Assembly (NCBI RefSeq): GCF_000372725.1
Contig: NW_005202428.1
Span: 1,411,331-1,475,330 of the forward strand
Length of the DNA stretch: 64,000 nucleotides
Direction: 5' to 3'
Origin: Emiliania huxleyi CCMP1516
Taxonomy: Eukaryota
The translations under genes and the position numbers were made by a program. A model generated the notes under the pieces. That model ran no database searches. It had not been told where the DNA came from and saw only the letters and a program-made list of their open reading frames with translations. Below are positions 35,299-49,007 of this stretch, in pieces. Position 1 is the first letter of the stretch. Each line of letters opens with the position of its first letter.

Positions 35299-35742
35299 CT
35301 GCGCCCAATGGATGCCCTTCCGCGCTGGGGCCAATGCGAGGGCGACCCGCAGCGCCGCAGGCGCGAAGAGCGCCGGGCGCGGCCGAGGCGGCGCTGAGAG
35401 CCGAGCGCACCACCCACCACGCATTTCTCATGTAGCGCGCCTCGCCCGAGCTCGTCTCCTTTTCCTTTCTTCCTTCTGTTTTTTATTACGCGACCGCCTC
35501 AAGTGGCACTTGGCAGTAGAGCCAGTAATGGCGGATTTACATCGTCCACATCGTTTCTCGCGACACGCGAGCTCTACCTCTAGCAGCTGCGCTAATTTAG
35601 CGCACATCGGCCAGCAGCCGCTGGGCGCAGCACTGGAGTCTGAACTGCTGTCAGTGCGCCCCGCTGAGTGTGAGAGCGCGGCGGTCCTCACCGCACGCCA
35701 TCCACCAGCCGCCGCGGCCAATTGTGGATGTGGTCACTACCG

Positions 35743-36170
35743 TCACCCCTCCCTCTCCTGCTCCCTCTCGCTGTCCCCTCCACCATCCTCGACGGCGCCT
35801 CTACCTCCTCCCTTTGGCACCACCAGCGCCTGCAGCGAGCCGCGCAGCAGCGAGGCCTCGCCCTTGCTCGGCTGTGCGCGCAGCACGAGCCGCCGCAACT
35901 TCGCCATCGCCGCCGCCGCGCGAGAGCGCTCCTGCGCCCTCCCCTCCTCCGGCCCGTACTGCGAGTGCAGCGCACGGTTGCCCCCGAAGAAGTTCGCCTC
36001 CCACAGCCTCTCCTCCCAGAAGCGGAGCAGCGAGTCGACCTAGGTGAGGTAAGGTGGGGGACACTTCTCCGCGCGAGAGCCGTGCAGTCCACCCCCTCTC
36101 CATGTCCCAAGGCCGGAGCCCCGCGGCATTGAGAGGACAGTGCACGTGGGTGAGGTGTATTGTGTTGTGC

Positions 36171-36231
<61 letters not shown>

Positions 36232-36234
36232 CGC

Positions 36235-36270
<36 letters not shown>

Positions 36271-37122
36271 CGTGTGTGTGGCGTGTGTGGCGTGTGTCGT
36301 GTGGCGTGCGTGCGAGGGAACCTGCCCGAGAGGCGCACGCGCACCGCTGCCGCCCTCCGCCTCTGCCGCGGCCTCGTCGGCGTCGTAGGCTTGCCGCGCC
36401 ACCTCGTACTGGTTCTCGCCCTCGGCGATCGCGCCCCACTCGTAGCAGACCAGCAGCACCGCCTGTGGACATGCACAGAGACCGAGCTCGAGGACGCTGC
36501 TCCGCGCTGCCCCCGCTCGGAGTGGCGGAGCCTGCGCGAGGTTGAGGGACGAGAAGCCGGGGAAAGTGGGGATCGTGACGATGGCGTTCGCCGCGTCGAG
36601 CTCCGCGTTGCTCAGCCCATTCTTCTCGCTCCCAAACATGAGCCCGACCCGCTCGCCGCGCGCTATCGCCGCGGCGGCCAGCGCCATCGCCTCTCGAGGC
36701 GCGTAGACGGGAATGCGGCTCTCGCGCGGCCGCGCTGTCGTCGCGAGGACCAGCTGCAGGTCAGCGACCGCGTCGGCGGCCGTCTCGTGCGTCTCGCAGC
36801 GGCGCAAGATCGGAGCTGCACCCGAGGCGCGCAGCACAGCCTCGTCGCTCTGTGCGTGTGCCGTCGGATCAACCAGCCGGAGGTCGGAGAGCCCAAAGTT
36901 GAGCATGGCGCGCGCGGCGGCACCAACATTGCCATCGTCAAAAGGGCGGCACAGCAGCACGCTAGGCACCGCGCTCCCACGCGCAACGGCGGCCTCATAC
37001 GCAGCTGTCTTGGTCGGCGTGATCGGCCGAGCTGCCTTTGGGCCGCACTTTGGAGCCGGTGAGCCGTCCGGCCAAGCGACTGCTGCCGTCGAGAGCAGGG
37101 CGGCGGCTGCGAGAGGGAGCAT
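35743..37122 (-). CDS. trmJ: TrmJ/LasT-family SPOUT tRNA 2'-O-methyltransferase, probably organelle-targeted, spliced
   Basis: GNVGAAARAMLNFGLSDLRLVDP, ATTAR, FGSEKNGLSNAEL and SSLNLAQA-VLLVCYEW; N-terminal signal-like MLPLAAAALLSTAAVAW. Confidence 0.85.
36173..36312. repeat. (GT)n microsatellite in an intron of the TrmJ-like gene
   Basis: Long tg dinucleotide runs. Confidence 0.95.
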
Positions 37123-37608
37123 GTATGTACGGAGCACAGAGCTTTCGAGACCTCGAAAGAGCAAATAGCAAAAAGCGTAAGTGGGCGGGGCCCTCTACTC
37201 GCCAGCGTGCCGTCGACCTTCACCGCGCCCAAAAAGCAAGAAAAATATGGGCCAACGCGCACCCTCGCCCTTGACAGAGTACCGTATGCCTCCAGCACCG
37301 CCTCAGACACTCACCCCCAGCCCTACAGCTACACTCAGCGCCCCCCAGCCCGCGCGCCTATGTGCTGAATCGACTTACACCAGGGCAATGCCGCCGATCC
37401 GCCCCGCCCCCATTGGCGCAACCGTCTCCCACGCGTTCAGCGCCGGATCGTACCGCTCGACTGAGCTGAGGCGGCCGTCAGCAGAGTCGCCGCCCACAGC
37501 ACACAGCTTGAAATCACCACGTCGCCCGCGACACGTGTCGCCGATACCTCACGGGAGTCGAGAGGAGTCGAGACGATCTCATTCGAGACGACTCGTAGAC
37601 GGCTTAGT

Positions 37609-39009
37609 TCACTCTGCGCTGGCGTTGCGCGCCTCGATCTTCTTGGGCAGCAGCTGGTTCGTCAGGTCCTCTCCGTGGCCTAGGAAGCCGTCCTCGCCCT
37701 TGCCCCACGTGAAGACGGCGCCGTCGGCGGTGATGGCGAGGCTGTGGTCCTCTCCCGCCAGGACAGCGGCGACGCGCTGCCTAGCAAAGGCCTCGACCTT
37801 CTTCGGCAGCAGCTGCAGCTGCTCGTCGCCGTGGCCCAACTTGCCAAGGCGTCCACCGCCCCAGCTCCAGAGGGCGCCGTCGGCGGTGAGGGCGAGGCTG
37901 TGCATATCTCCAGCCGACAGAGCAACGACACACTGGTCAAAGGCGTCGACCTTCTCGGGCAGCAGCTGGTTCTGCTGGTCGCCGTGGCCTAGCTGGCCCC
38001 CGGCTCCATAGCCCCAGCTCCAGACAGCGCCGTCGGCGGTGATGGCGAGGCTGTGCAGACATCCAGCCGACACAGCGACGACGCGCTGGCCAGCAAAGGC
38101 CTCGATCTTCTTCGGCTGCCACTGGTTCTGCTCGTCGCCGTGGCCCGGCTGGCCAAAGTTTCCACCGCCCCAGCTCCAGACGGCTCCGTCGGCGGTGAGG
38201 GCGAGGCTGTGAGCCCCTCCCGCCGAGACAGCGACGACGCGCTGGTCAGCAAAGCCCTCGACCTTCTTGGGCAGCAGCTGGTTCTGCTGGTTGCCGTGGC
38301 CCAGCTGGCCAGAGACTCCACCGCCCCAGCTCCAGACGGCGCCGTCGGCGGTGAGGGCGAGGCTGTGAAAGGGTCCCGCCGACACAGCGACGACGCGCTG
38401 GCCATCAAAGGCCTCGACGTTCTTGGGCAGCAGCTGAGACTGATGGTCGCCGTGGCCCAGGCTGCCAAAGTCTCCACGGCCCCAGCTCCAGACAACTCCG
38501 TCGGCGGTGAGGGCGAGGCTATGCATAAGTCCAGCCGACACGCTCACGGCGCGCTCGCCGCCCAGCGGGGAAGGGAGGCGTGTCGGCGTGTTGAGCCGCG
38601 TCACGCCCTCGCCGTGCCCAAGGAGGGCGTGATCCGGCGCAGAGCCGCACGACGAGAGCCGCCCCTCGCCATCAATGAAGAGGCTGTGCGTATAGCCTGC
38701 AGCCGCCCTCGCCGGCGGGTTGGACTCGCGCAGCAACGCCGAATAGCACAGCCACCGCACGGCGCAGCTCTCGCCCTCTGGCTGCGCCGGCAGCTCGAAG
38801 CCGCGCTCTTGCGCCCACAAGCGAATGCCCTCTAGCGCGAGCGAGGCGTGGAAGAGCAGCGAGACGGCCGCGAAACGAGCGATGTCGGCGGGGTCGCAGC
38901 GGGAGATGACGCGCGCGAGGAGCTCAAGGGGCAGGTCGGTGAGGGGGCAGTGTGCGGCGGCGGCGGCGGCGGCGGCGAGGCGGCACGAGCGGCGCCGCAT
39001 TATGCACAT
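37609..39009 (-). CDS. F-box-like plus RCC1 repeat protein (intronless)
   Basis: LTDLPLELLARVIS, then about six near-identical 52-aa RCC1 repeats (VSAG..HSLALTADGAVWSWG.G..GQLGHGD). Confidence 0.9.
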   Translation of the reverse strand: MCIMRRRSCRLAAAAAAAAHCPLTDLPLELLARVISRCDPADIARFAAVSLLFHASLALEGIRLWAQERGFELPAQPEGESCAVRWLCYSALLRESNPPARAAAGYTHSLFIDGEGRLSSCGSAPDHALLGHGEGVTRLNTPTRLPSPLGGERAVSVSAGLMHSLALTADGVVWSWGRGDFGSLGHGDHQSQLLPKNVEAFDGQRVVAVSAGPFHSLALTADGAVWSWGGGVSGQLGHGNQQNQLLPKKVEGFADQRVVAVSAGGAHSLALTADGAVWSWGGGNFGQPGHGDEQNQWQPKKIEAFAGQRVVAVSAGCLHSLAITADGAVWSWGYGAGGQLGHGDQQNQLLPEKVDAFDQCVVALSAGDMHSLALTADGALWSWGGGRLGKLGHGDEQLQLLPKKVEAFARQRVAAVLAGEDHSLAITADGAVFTWGKGEDGFLGHGEDLTNQLLPKKIEARNASAE

Positions 39010-39067
39010 TTTTGTATACCGCGAGAAAAAGAATTTTCTGCGCGCACTGGGCTCGCGACTGCATCCC

Positions 39068-39959
39068 AGTTGTCAGATGTCACGATGCATCCGAAGGGGA
39101 CCCCAGCGCCGGCATCATCCGTAGAGGCACGAGTGTTCGAAGAGAGAGTGGACCTGAGCAACAACATGACGTGTAGGCAAATGATCGGAGTGGGAGTCAG
39201 AAATGTGGTCCTTGCGCGAGGGGAGCTTGATAGACTCGAGGGGCCAGGATACGCCGCGAGGAGGACGGAGTTGCGCAAGGCGAAAGAAGCCGCGAGAACA
39301 AGGGACCGGCAGGCGGCGGCGTCGCAGGACGAGGCAGAAGAGAACGACGCGACAGAGGAGGAAGTGACAAGGGAGAGACCGACGAGAGTGGGACGGCCGC
39401 GAGGTGGCATGAAGGTTGCAGCGAGAAGCGGCGAGAGACTGCGAAAAGAGATACGAAGAGGCAGACTCCCCAGGGTGGGCGACGGCTAGCGCATCACACT
39501 CCTCTCCTTAAAATCCCTGTGTGGTGGCGGCGTGCCGTTCTCCCATCCCTCCCTTGGGTTGTGTGGTTTCTTTCTTTCTTTCTTTCTTTGCATCCCTGAA
39601 GGTTGCAGCGAGAATCGGCGAGAGACTGCGAAAAGAGATAGGAAGAGGCAGACTCCCTAGGGTGGGCGACGGCTAGCGCATCACACTCCTCTCCTTAAAA
39701 TCCCTGTGTGGTGGCGGCGTGCCGTCCTCCCATCCCTCCCTTGGGTTGTGTGGTTTCTTTCTTTCTTTCTTTCTTTGCATCCCTGAAGGTTGCAGCGAGA
39801 ATCGGCGAGAGACTGCGAAAAGAGATAGGAAGAGGCAGACTCCCTAGGGTGGGCGACGGCTAGCGCATCACACTCCTCTCCTTAAAATCCCTGTGTGGTG
39901 GCGGCGTGCCGTCCTCCCATCCCTCCCTTGGGTTGTCTGTTTTCTTTCTTTCTTTCTTT
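39068..39959 (+). mobile_element. 5'-truncated non-LTR retroelement 3' end plus two extra tandem 3' units, (TTTC)n tails
   Basis: ORF remnant ending PRVGDG*, conserved 3' UTR and tttc tails; actgcatccc at 39058-39067 and 39960-39969; homologous to 47100-48130 and 58030-58717. Confidence 0.75.
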
Positions 39960-40289
39960 ACTGCATCCCTGGAGATGACTGCTCTATTTATTTATTTACT
40001 GCATCCAATGACCCCATCGTACCCGCGCATCGACGGAGCGTCCGCCCGCCATGCCGTGATGAGACCACTCCGTCGCCGCATCGGTGCCGTAATGTTACTC
40101 CGTATCCTCGCCCGTCTACGTTGCTCCCCGCAGGAATTCCCGCAGTTGCGCCGCTGCCTTTCTCGACCCCAAGAAATGAATCCCAAAACGGTCGTCCCTT
40201 CCTCCGCCCGGGCACAAATCGGCAGAGCTCGTCCGCGCTCCGGCGACAATGGTGAAACGGGCGGGCCTCGCGGTGGTATACCTCTCGGT

Positions 40290-40430
40290 CTTCATTGACA
40301 TGTGAGAGAGTGGCCCGGCAGCAACGCCCGCCGTTGCATACGCCCACACCGTGTTGGCCATGTCCTGCGGCCTTGAATGAAGCCATCCAGCCCGCAGCGA
40401 ACCGCCACCTCCGCCTGAGAGTTGAAGCCG
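40290..40430 (-). pseudogene. Degenerate fragment of a RAP/OPR-like helical repeat gene
   Basis: PQDMANTVWAYATAG matches the PQALSNTAWAYATA repeats of the gene at 52483-54597; frameshifted. Confidence 0.55.
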
Positions 40431-40496
40431 GCCAGCCTACTCCTCCTCTTTTCCCGCGCGCTCTGCTCCCACCCACTGAATCGCGTCGCCTCCAGG

Positions 40497-42170
40497 TTTG
40501 GCATGCTCATGGCTGTACCTGTGATTCCCTACCTTATTCAGGAGAACTTGGGTGCGAGCCGGCCCCCACTCCCCTCTCCTCCCTCCCCCCTTTGCATTCT
40601 CCCACTCGTAGCTTTTCTTCTAACAGGCTGCACCGGGGGTGGCTCCTCTGACAGCGCCCTAATGCTACCGCCACCGCCGCCCCTCGATTGTGACGCGCCA
40701 GAGCAGCTGATCGCAGACGAGAGCGAAGCTGACAAGTGCGAAGGCGCCTCCTTCTACGGCGCGCTGGCGGCGGCGCTCTATCAGTTTGCAATGTTCTTCG
40801 CCACGCCGCTGACCACGCAGCTGAGCGACAAGTATGGCCGACGACGCTTCTTCATCATCGGCTTCATGGGCTCATCGATCGGCTTTATGATAATCGCCGT
40901 CGCGGGCTCGAACATCGGCTTGCTTGTCGGCCGCTTCATTGGCGGCTTCTTCTCGGCGTCGCCACCTCTAGCGCAGGCTTACATCTCGGACTCGGTCCCT
41001 CCCGAGCGGGCGCCGGCCTACCGAGCTCGACTCATGTCGTGCTTTCAAGCGGCGCTAGTTTTCGGCCCTGGCTTCGGCGGCGGCCTAGCGCAGTTTGGCA
41101 ACACCGTCCCCTTCTTCGCCTCGAGCGGCATGGCTTTCATGGGCTTCCTGCTCTCGCTCTTCTTCCTCGACGAGCCGCAAAAGCCGCCAAAGCGCGAGGG
41201 GAAGCAAAGCAGCGTCATGGAAGGCACCGGCATGCGCAAGTCCGCGGTGTACCGCTCGAGATTGCCTCTCATCTACACCATCTACTGCGCCACATTTCTG
41301 GTCTTCTTTGGCTTCCAGATGTTCATCGCGATGTTTGGCTTCTGGCTCCTCGATAAGCTCGGCTGGGGGCCCGGTGAGTTTGGCTTTGTCACGACAGCCA
41401 CGGGCGCCCTGCCAGCCGGCGCGGGAACACCTGTCCAGATTTGTCTGAGCCGTTCTCCTCACGATCTAGGCACGGTCGGCATCATCGCTAATCTCGGCTT
41501 CTTCGCGCGTATAGCCAGGTGGCTGGGGGGGATGCACAAGGTAGCAATCCTCGGCACGGTCCTCAACGTCGTGGGCTGGCTCGGTGTGACCGCCACGCAA
41601 AAGTCGGGCCCGTGCGACGGAAAGTTCACGCTCGACGGCGGGCTTGTCGTGATTCTCGCGCTCTCTTTTGGCCACTCGGTGGGCTTCACCTTCTACAACA
41701 CAGCGCAGGCCGTCATGGTCTCGATGTATGCTGACAAGGCGGAGCAAGGCAAGTGGCAGGGCCGATCCACGTCCATCCAGGCGATCGCCGGCTTCACGGG
41801 GCCGCTGCTCGGCGGCTGGCTCTACGAGAACTGGAACTGGGAGCTGCTCCCCCTGCTCACGTCCGGCTGCAACTTCCTTGCGATGCTGCTCATATGCCGC
41901 GTGCTCGTCATGCACAGACGACTTCCCGAAAACACGTTGCCCAAGCCGGGGGCCGCTGCTGTGAGCGAGAAGGAGGACGTCGAGACCGCCGAGGACGGCC
42001 CGCTGACGCCGACTGAGAGAGAGGAGCTCGAGGCGCTGCGAGAGGAGGTGAAGGAGCTGCGCAGCCTCATGTCCGGACTGGAGGAGATGCTCACCGAGGA
42101 GCAATTCTCCAGCCTAGGGGCCAGCTCGAGCTTAGCGCAGGTGGTCAACCCGCGGCTGACGATGCACTGA
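40497..42170 (+). CDS. MFS transporter (TetA/DHA1-like), spliced; 5' end uncertain
   Basis: Motif A LSDKYGRR, GRFIGG, AQAYISD and GPGFGG; about 12 hydrophobic segments; C-terminal coiled coil. Confidence 0.88.
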   Translation, partial: FGMLMAVPVIPYLIQENLGASRPPLPSPPSPLCILPLVAFLLTGCTGGGSSDSALMLPPPPPLDCDAPEQLIADESEADKCEGASFYGALAAALYQFAMFFATPLTTQLSDKYGRRRFFIIGFMGSSIGFMIIAVAGSNIGLLVGRFIGGFFSASPPLAQAYISDSVPPERAPAYRARLMSCFQAALVFGPGFGGGLAQFGNTVPFFASSGMAFMGFLLSLFFLDEPQKPPKREGKQSSVMEGTGMRKSAVYRSRLPLIYTIYCATFLVFFGFQMFIAMFGFWLLDKLGWGPGEFGFVTTATGALPAGAGTPVQICLSRSPHDLGTVGIIANLGFFARIARWLGGMHKVAILGTVLNVVGWLGVTATQKSGPCDGKFTLDGGLVVILALSFGHSVGFTFYNTAQAVMVSMYADKAEQGKWQGRSTSIQAIAGFTGPLLGGWLYENWNWELLPLLTSGCNFLAMLLICRVLVMHRRLPENTLPKPGAAAVSEKEDVETAEDGPLTPTEREELEALREEVKELRSLMSGLEEMLTEEQFSSLGASSSLAQVVNPRLTMH

Positions 42171-42582
42171 CTGCCTAAGCACCCAGGCACCATGCGCTCG
42201 CTCCCCATGGCCGTTCCGCTCGGCCTCCACAGCTCCACGCAGTGCCGCACTCCGCATGCCGTCTGGGAGGCTCGCTGAGATTGATATGTGATTTAGAACA
42301 GGGGAGCCTTCACCTAGCTCGTTGACTTGTCGCCTAGTTGGTCCGGTGACTTGTCCGGTGTCTCTCCCATGTCATCGATCTCGATCAGCCCCTTGGAGTA
42401 TGGTCTATGGAGTGTGAAGGCGTCGTAGCCCTCCGGTCTACTGAAGATCCGCAGGGCTGAAGCGAAAAAAAAGCAAGCGAGTGGATCTCGATCACATGCG
42501 ATCTCGAGACACCACACACGACGCAGCAGCCAGCACGCACACTCCGATCTGCCATCTGCATTTTTCGAGAAACTGTGTGTCG

Positions 42583-46953
<4,371 letters not shown>

Positions 46954-47094
46954 TGGCTGACCGCGAAAAGCTCACGATTGTGCTTAGTGTGAGAGCGGAG
47001 CCCGCAGTTCGCAGCGACTCACCGACTCGGAATGTGGAAGCACCCAGGCTGGGCGCCGGTTTCCCAGCCGGGCGGTCGAAAAGAATTTTACGAG

Positions 47095-48130
47095 TGCGCG
47101 AGGAGAGCCTGTGTGGTGGCGGCGTGCCGTCCTCCCATCCCTCCCTTGGGTTGTCTGTTTTCTTTCTTTCTTTCTTTTTAAAATCCCTGTGTGGTGGCGG
47201 CGTGCCGTCCTCCCATCCCTCCCTTGGGTTGTCTGTTTTCTTTCTTTTCTTTCTTTCTTCGAGGAGAGCTCGATAGACTCGATCGAGGGGCCAGGATATG
47301 CAGCGAGGAGCAGGAGGACGGAGCTGCGCCGAAAGGCGCAAGAAGCAGCGAGAACAAGGGACCGGCAGGCGGCGGCGGCGTCGCAGAACGAGGCAGAGGA
47401 GAGCGACGCGACAGAAGAAGAAGCGACAAGGGAGAGCCGTGTTCTCTGTTTTCTCTACCGACCGCGCGGAAAAAGAAAGAATTCGTGTGTGGCCCCTGAG
47501 AGCATACTGACAATTGCGCCGAAAGGCGAAAGAAGCCGAGAGAACAAGGGAACGACAGGCGGCGGCGGCGCAGGACGAGGCAGAAGAGAACGACGCGACA
47601 GAGGAGGAAATGACAAGGGAGAGAACGACGAGAGTGGGACGACCGCGAGGTGGCATGAAGGTTGCAGCGAGAATCGGCGAGAGACTGCGAAGAGAGATAG
47701 GAAGAGGCGGACGCCCAAGGGTGGGCGACGGCTAGCGCACCACACCCCTCTCCTTAAAATCCCTGTGTGGTGGCGGCGTGCCGTCCTCCCCATCCCTCCC
47801 TTGGGTTGTCCGTTTTCTTTCTTTTTTTACACTGGGCACCGAAAAGAATTTAACGCAATCCGACACGAAAAGAATTTGACGAGGGGAATTTGCCAGCCGT
47901 GTTCGGACCAGAGTGTTCCAGTCCCGTACCTACCCAGTATTGTGCGAAAAAGAATTTTACGTGTTTGAAACCCTCTCCGTCTCGCACAACTGTCACGATG
48001 CACCCGAAGGGGACCCCAGCGCCAGCATCAGCCGTGAAGGCACAAGTGTTCGAAAAGAGAGTGGACCTGAGCAACAATATGACTTGGCGGCAAATGATCG
48101 CAGTGGGCGTCAGAAGAGTCGTCCTTGCGC
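47095..48130 (+). mobile_element. Nested and rearranged fragments of the same (TTTC)n-tailed retroelement
   Basis: 3' UTR plus tail at about 47109-47178, 47180-47259 and 47515-47830; middle piece at 47260-47435; more 5' piece at 47990-48130. Confidence 0.75.
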
Positions 48131-48333
48131 GTCCGAGGAGATCCTCGCGCAAGGACGACTAGCAGAGCTCACCTCCCGAGCTGAGACCTGATTAAATTTG
48201 GATTGCGATTTGCAAATTGCAATTCCACTGGATTGCAATCGGATTGACTCTCGGGATTGCCCCCGCCGCGAGTTTTTTTTCGCCCGCCCGAAAAGAAGAA
48301 TTCCAGCCCTGGAATTCTTCCCCGAAAAAGAAA

Positions 48334-48912
48334 TCCATACGGGTACTCCGGGGGGGTCCCCTACCCCGCACTGGCTGTGAACAGTCCCCGAACCCACACT
48401 TGGGACCCGTAGCATATACGCATATTAGACGGGGGGAGATAGGCAGGACGAGTGTCGCGCAACTCCATCATTACCCCTCGGGAAAAGTGTGGCGATTCGA
48501 TATCGTTTGTGCTTGAGCACTTGAGCACTGGATAGGGCCGATTCCGCGTGGTACGGGACCCCTCGATCGTCTCGCCCTCCCTCTCTGGCGTGTTCATTGG
48601 GGGGGGTCATAACAAACACGCTACACGGTACAGGATCGAGGTGCACGCTGCCGAAGCAGTGTCGTCCCCCCTCTCCCCGACGGCGATGGCGGTGTGACCG
48701 ATCGAGCTACAAGAGGAACTTGTTCAGCAGGATCCGGGTTAGTCTCTCGAGTTACGAGTATCGTCTGTGACTGTGTGTGTGTGACCTTTCCTATCAAGCA
48801 TAATGCTTCGTTGCCCATTGTCCGCTGCTGTACTGTACTCTGGCCTCTTCTCCGTCGCAAGGGCCCCGCCCCCCCCAGAGCTGGGGGCGGGGCCCGCGCA
48901 GGGAACTTCTAG
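48334..48912 (+). mobile_element. Probable non-autonomous Helitron
   Basis: GC hairpin gggccccgccccc...gggggcggggccc (48861-48895) ends 13 nt before CTAG (48909-48912), followed by T. Candidate 5' A|TC at 48333/48334; the 5' end is tentative. Confidence 0.55.
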
Positions 48913-49007
48913 TATTCATAAATAATCTAATCCGCTAATCCGCCCCCCGACCCGCGCGTCCATCCATTCGCAGATTGCCGACACCGTGGACCAAGTCAGT
49001 GGGGGCC

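Noticed and set aside
37690..38540. 156-bp tandem DNA repeats
   Set aside because: Explained by the RCC1 protein repeats.
39597..39960. Hammerhead ribozyme or Penelope pseudo-LTR in the tandem 3' units
   Set aside because: No CUGANGA...GAAA core was found by eye on either strand.
39058..40006. CRISPR-like array
   Set aside because: The repeats are only 8-10 bp, the 'spacers' are near-identical retroelement ends, no cas genes are present, and the context is eukaryotic.
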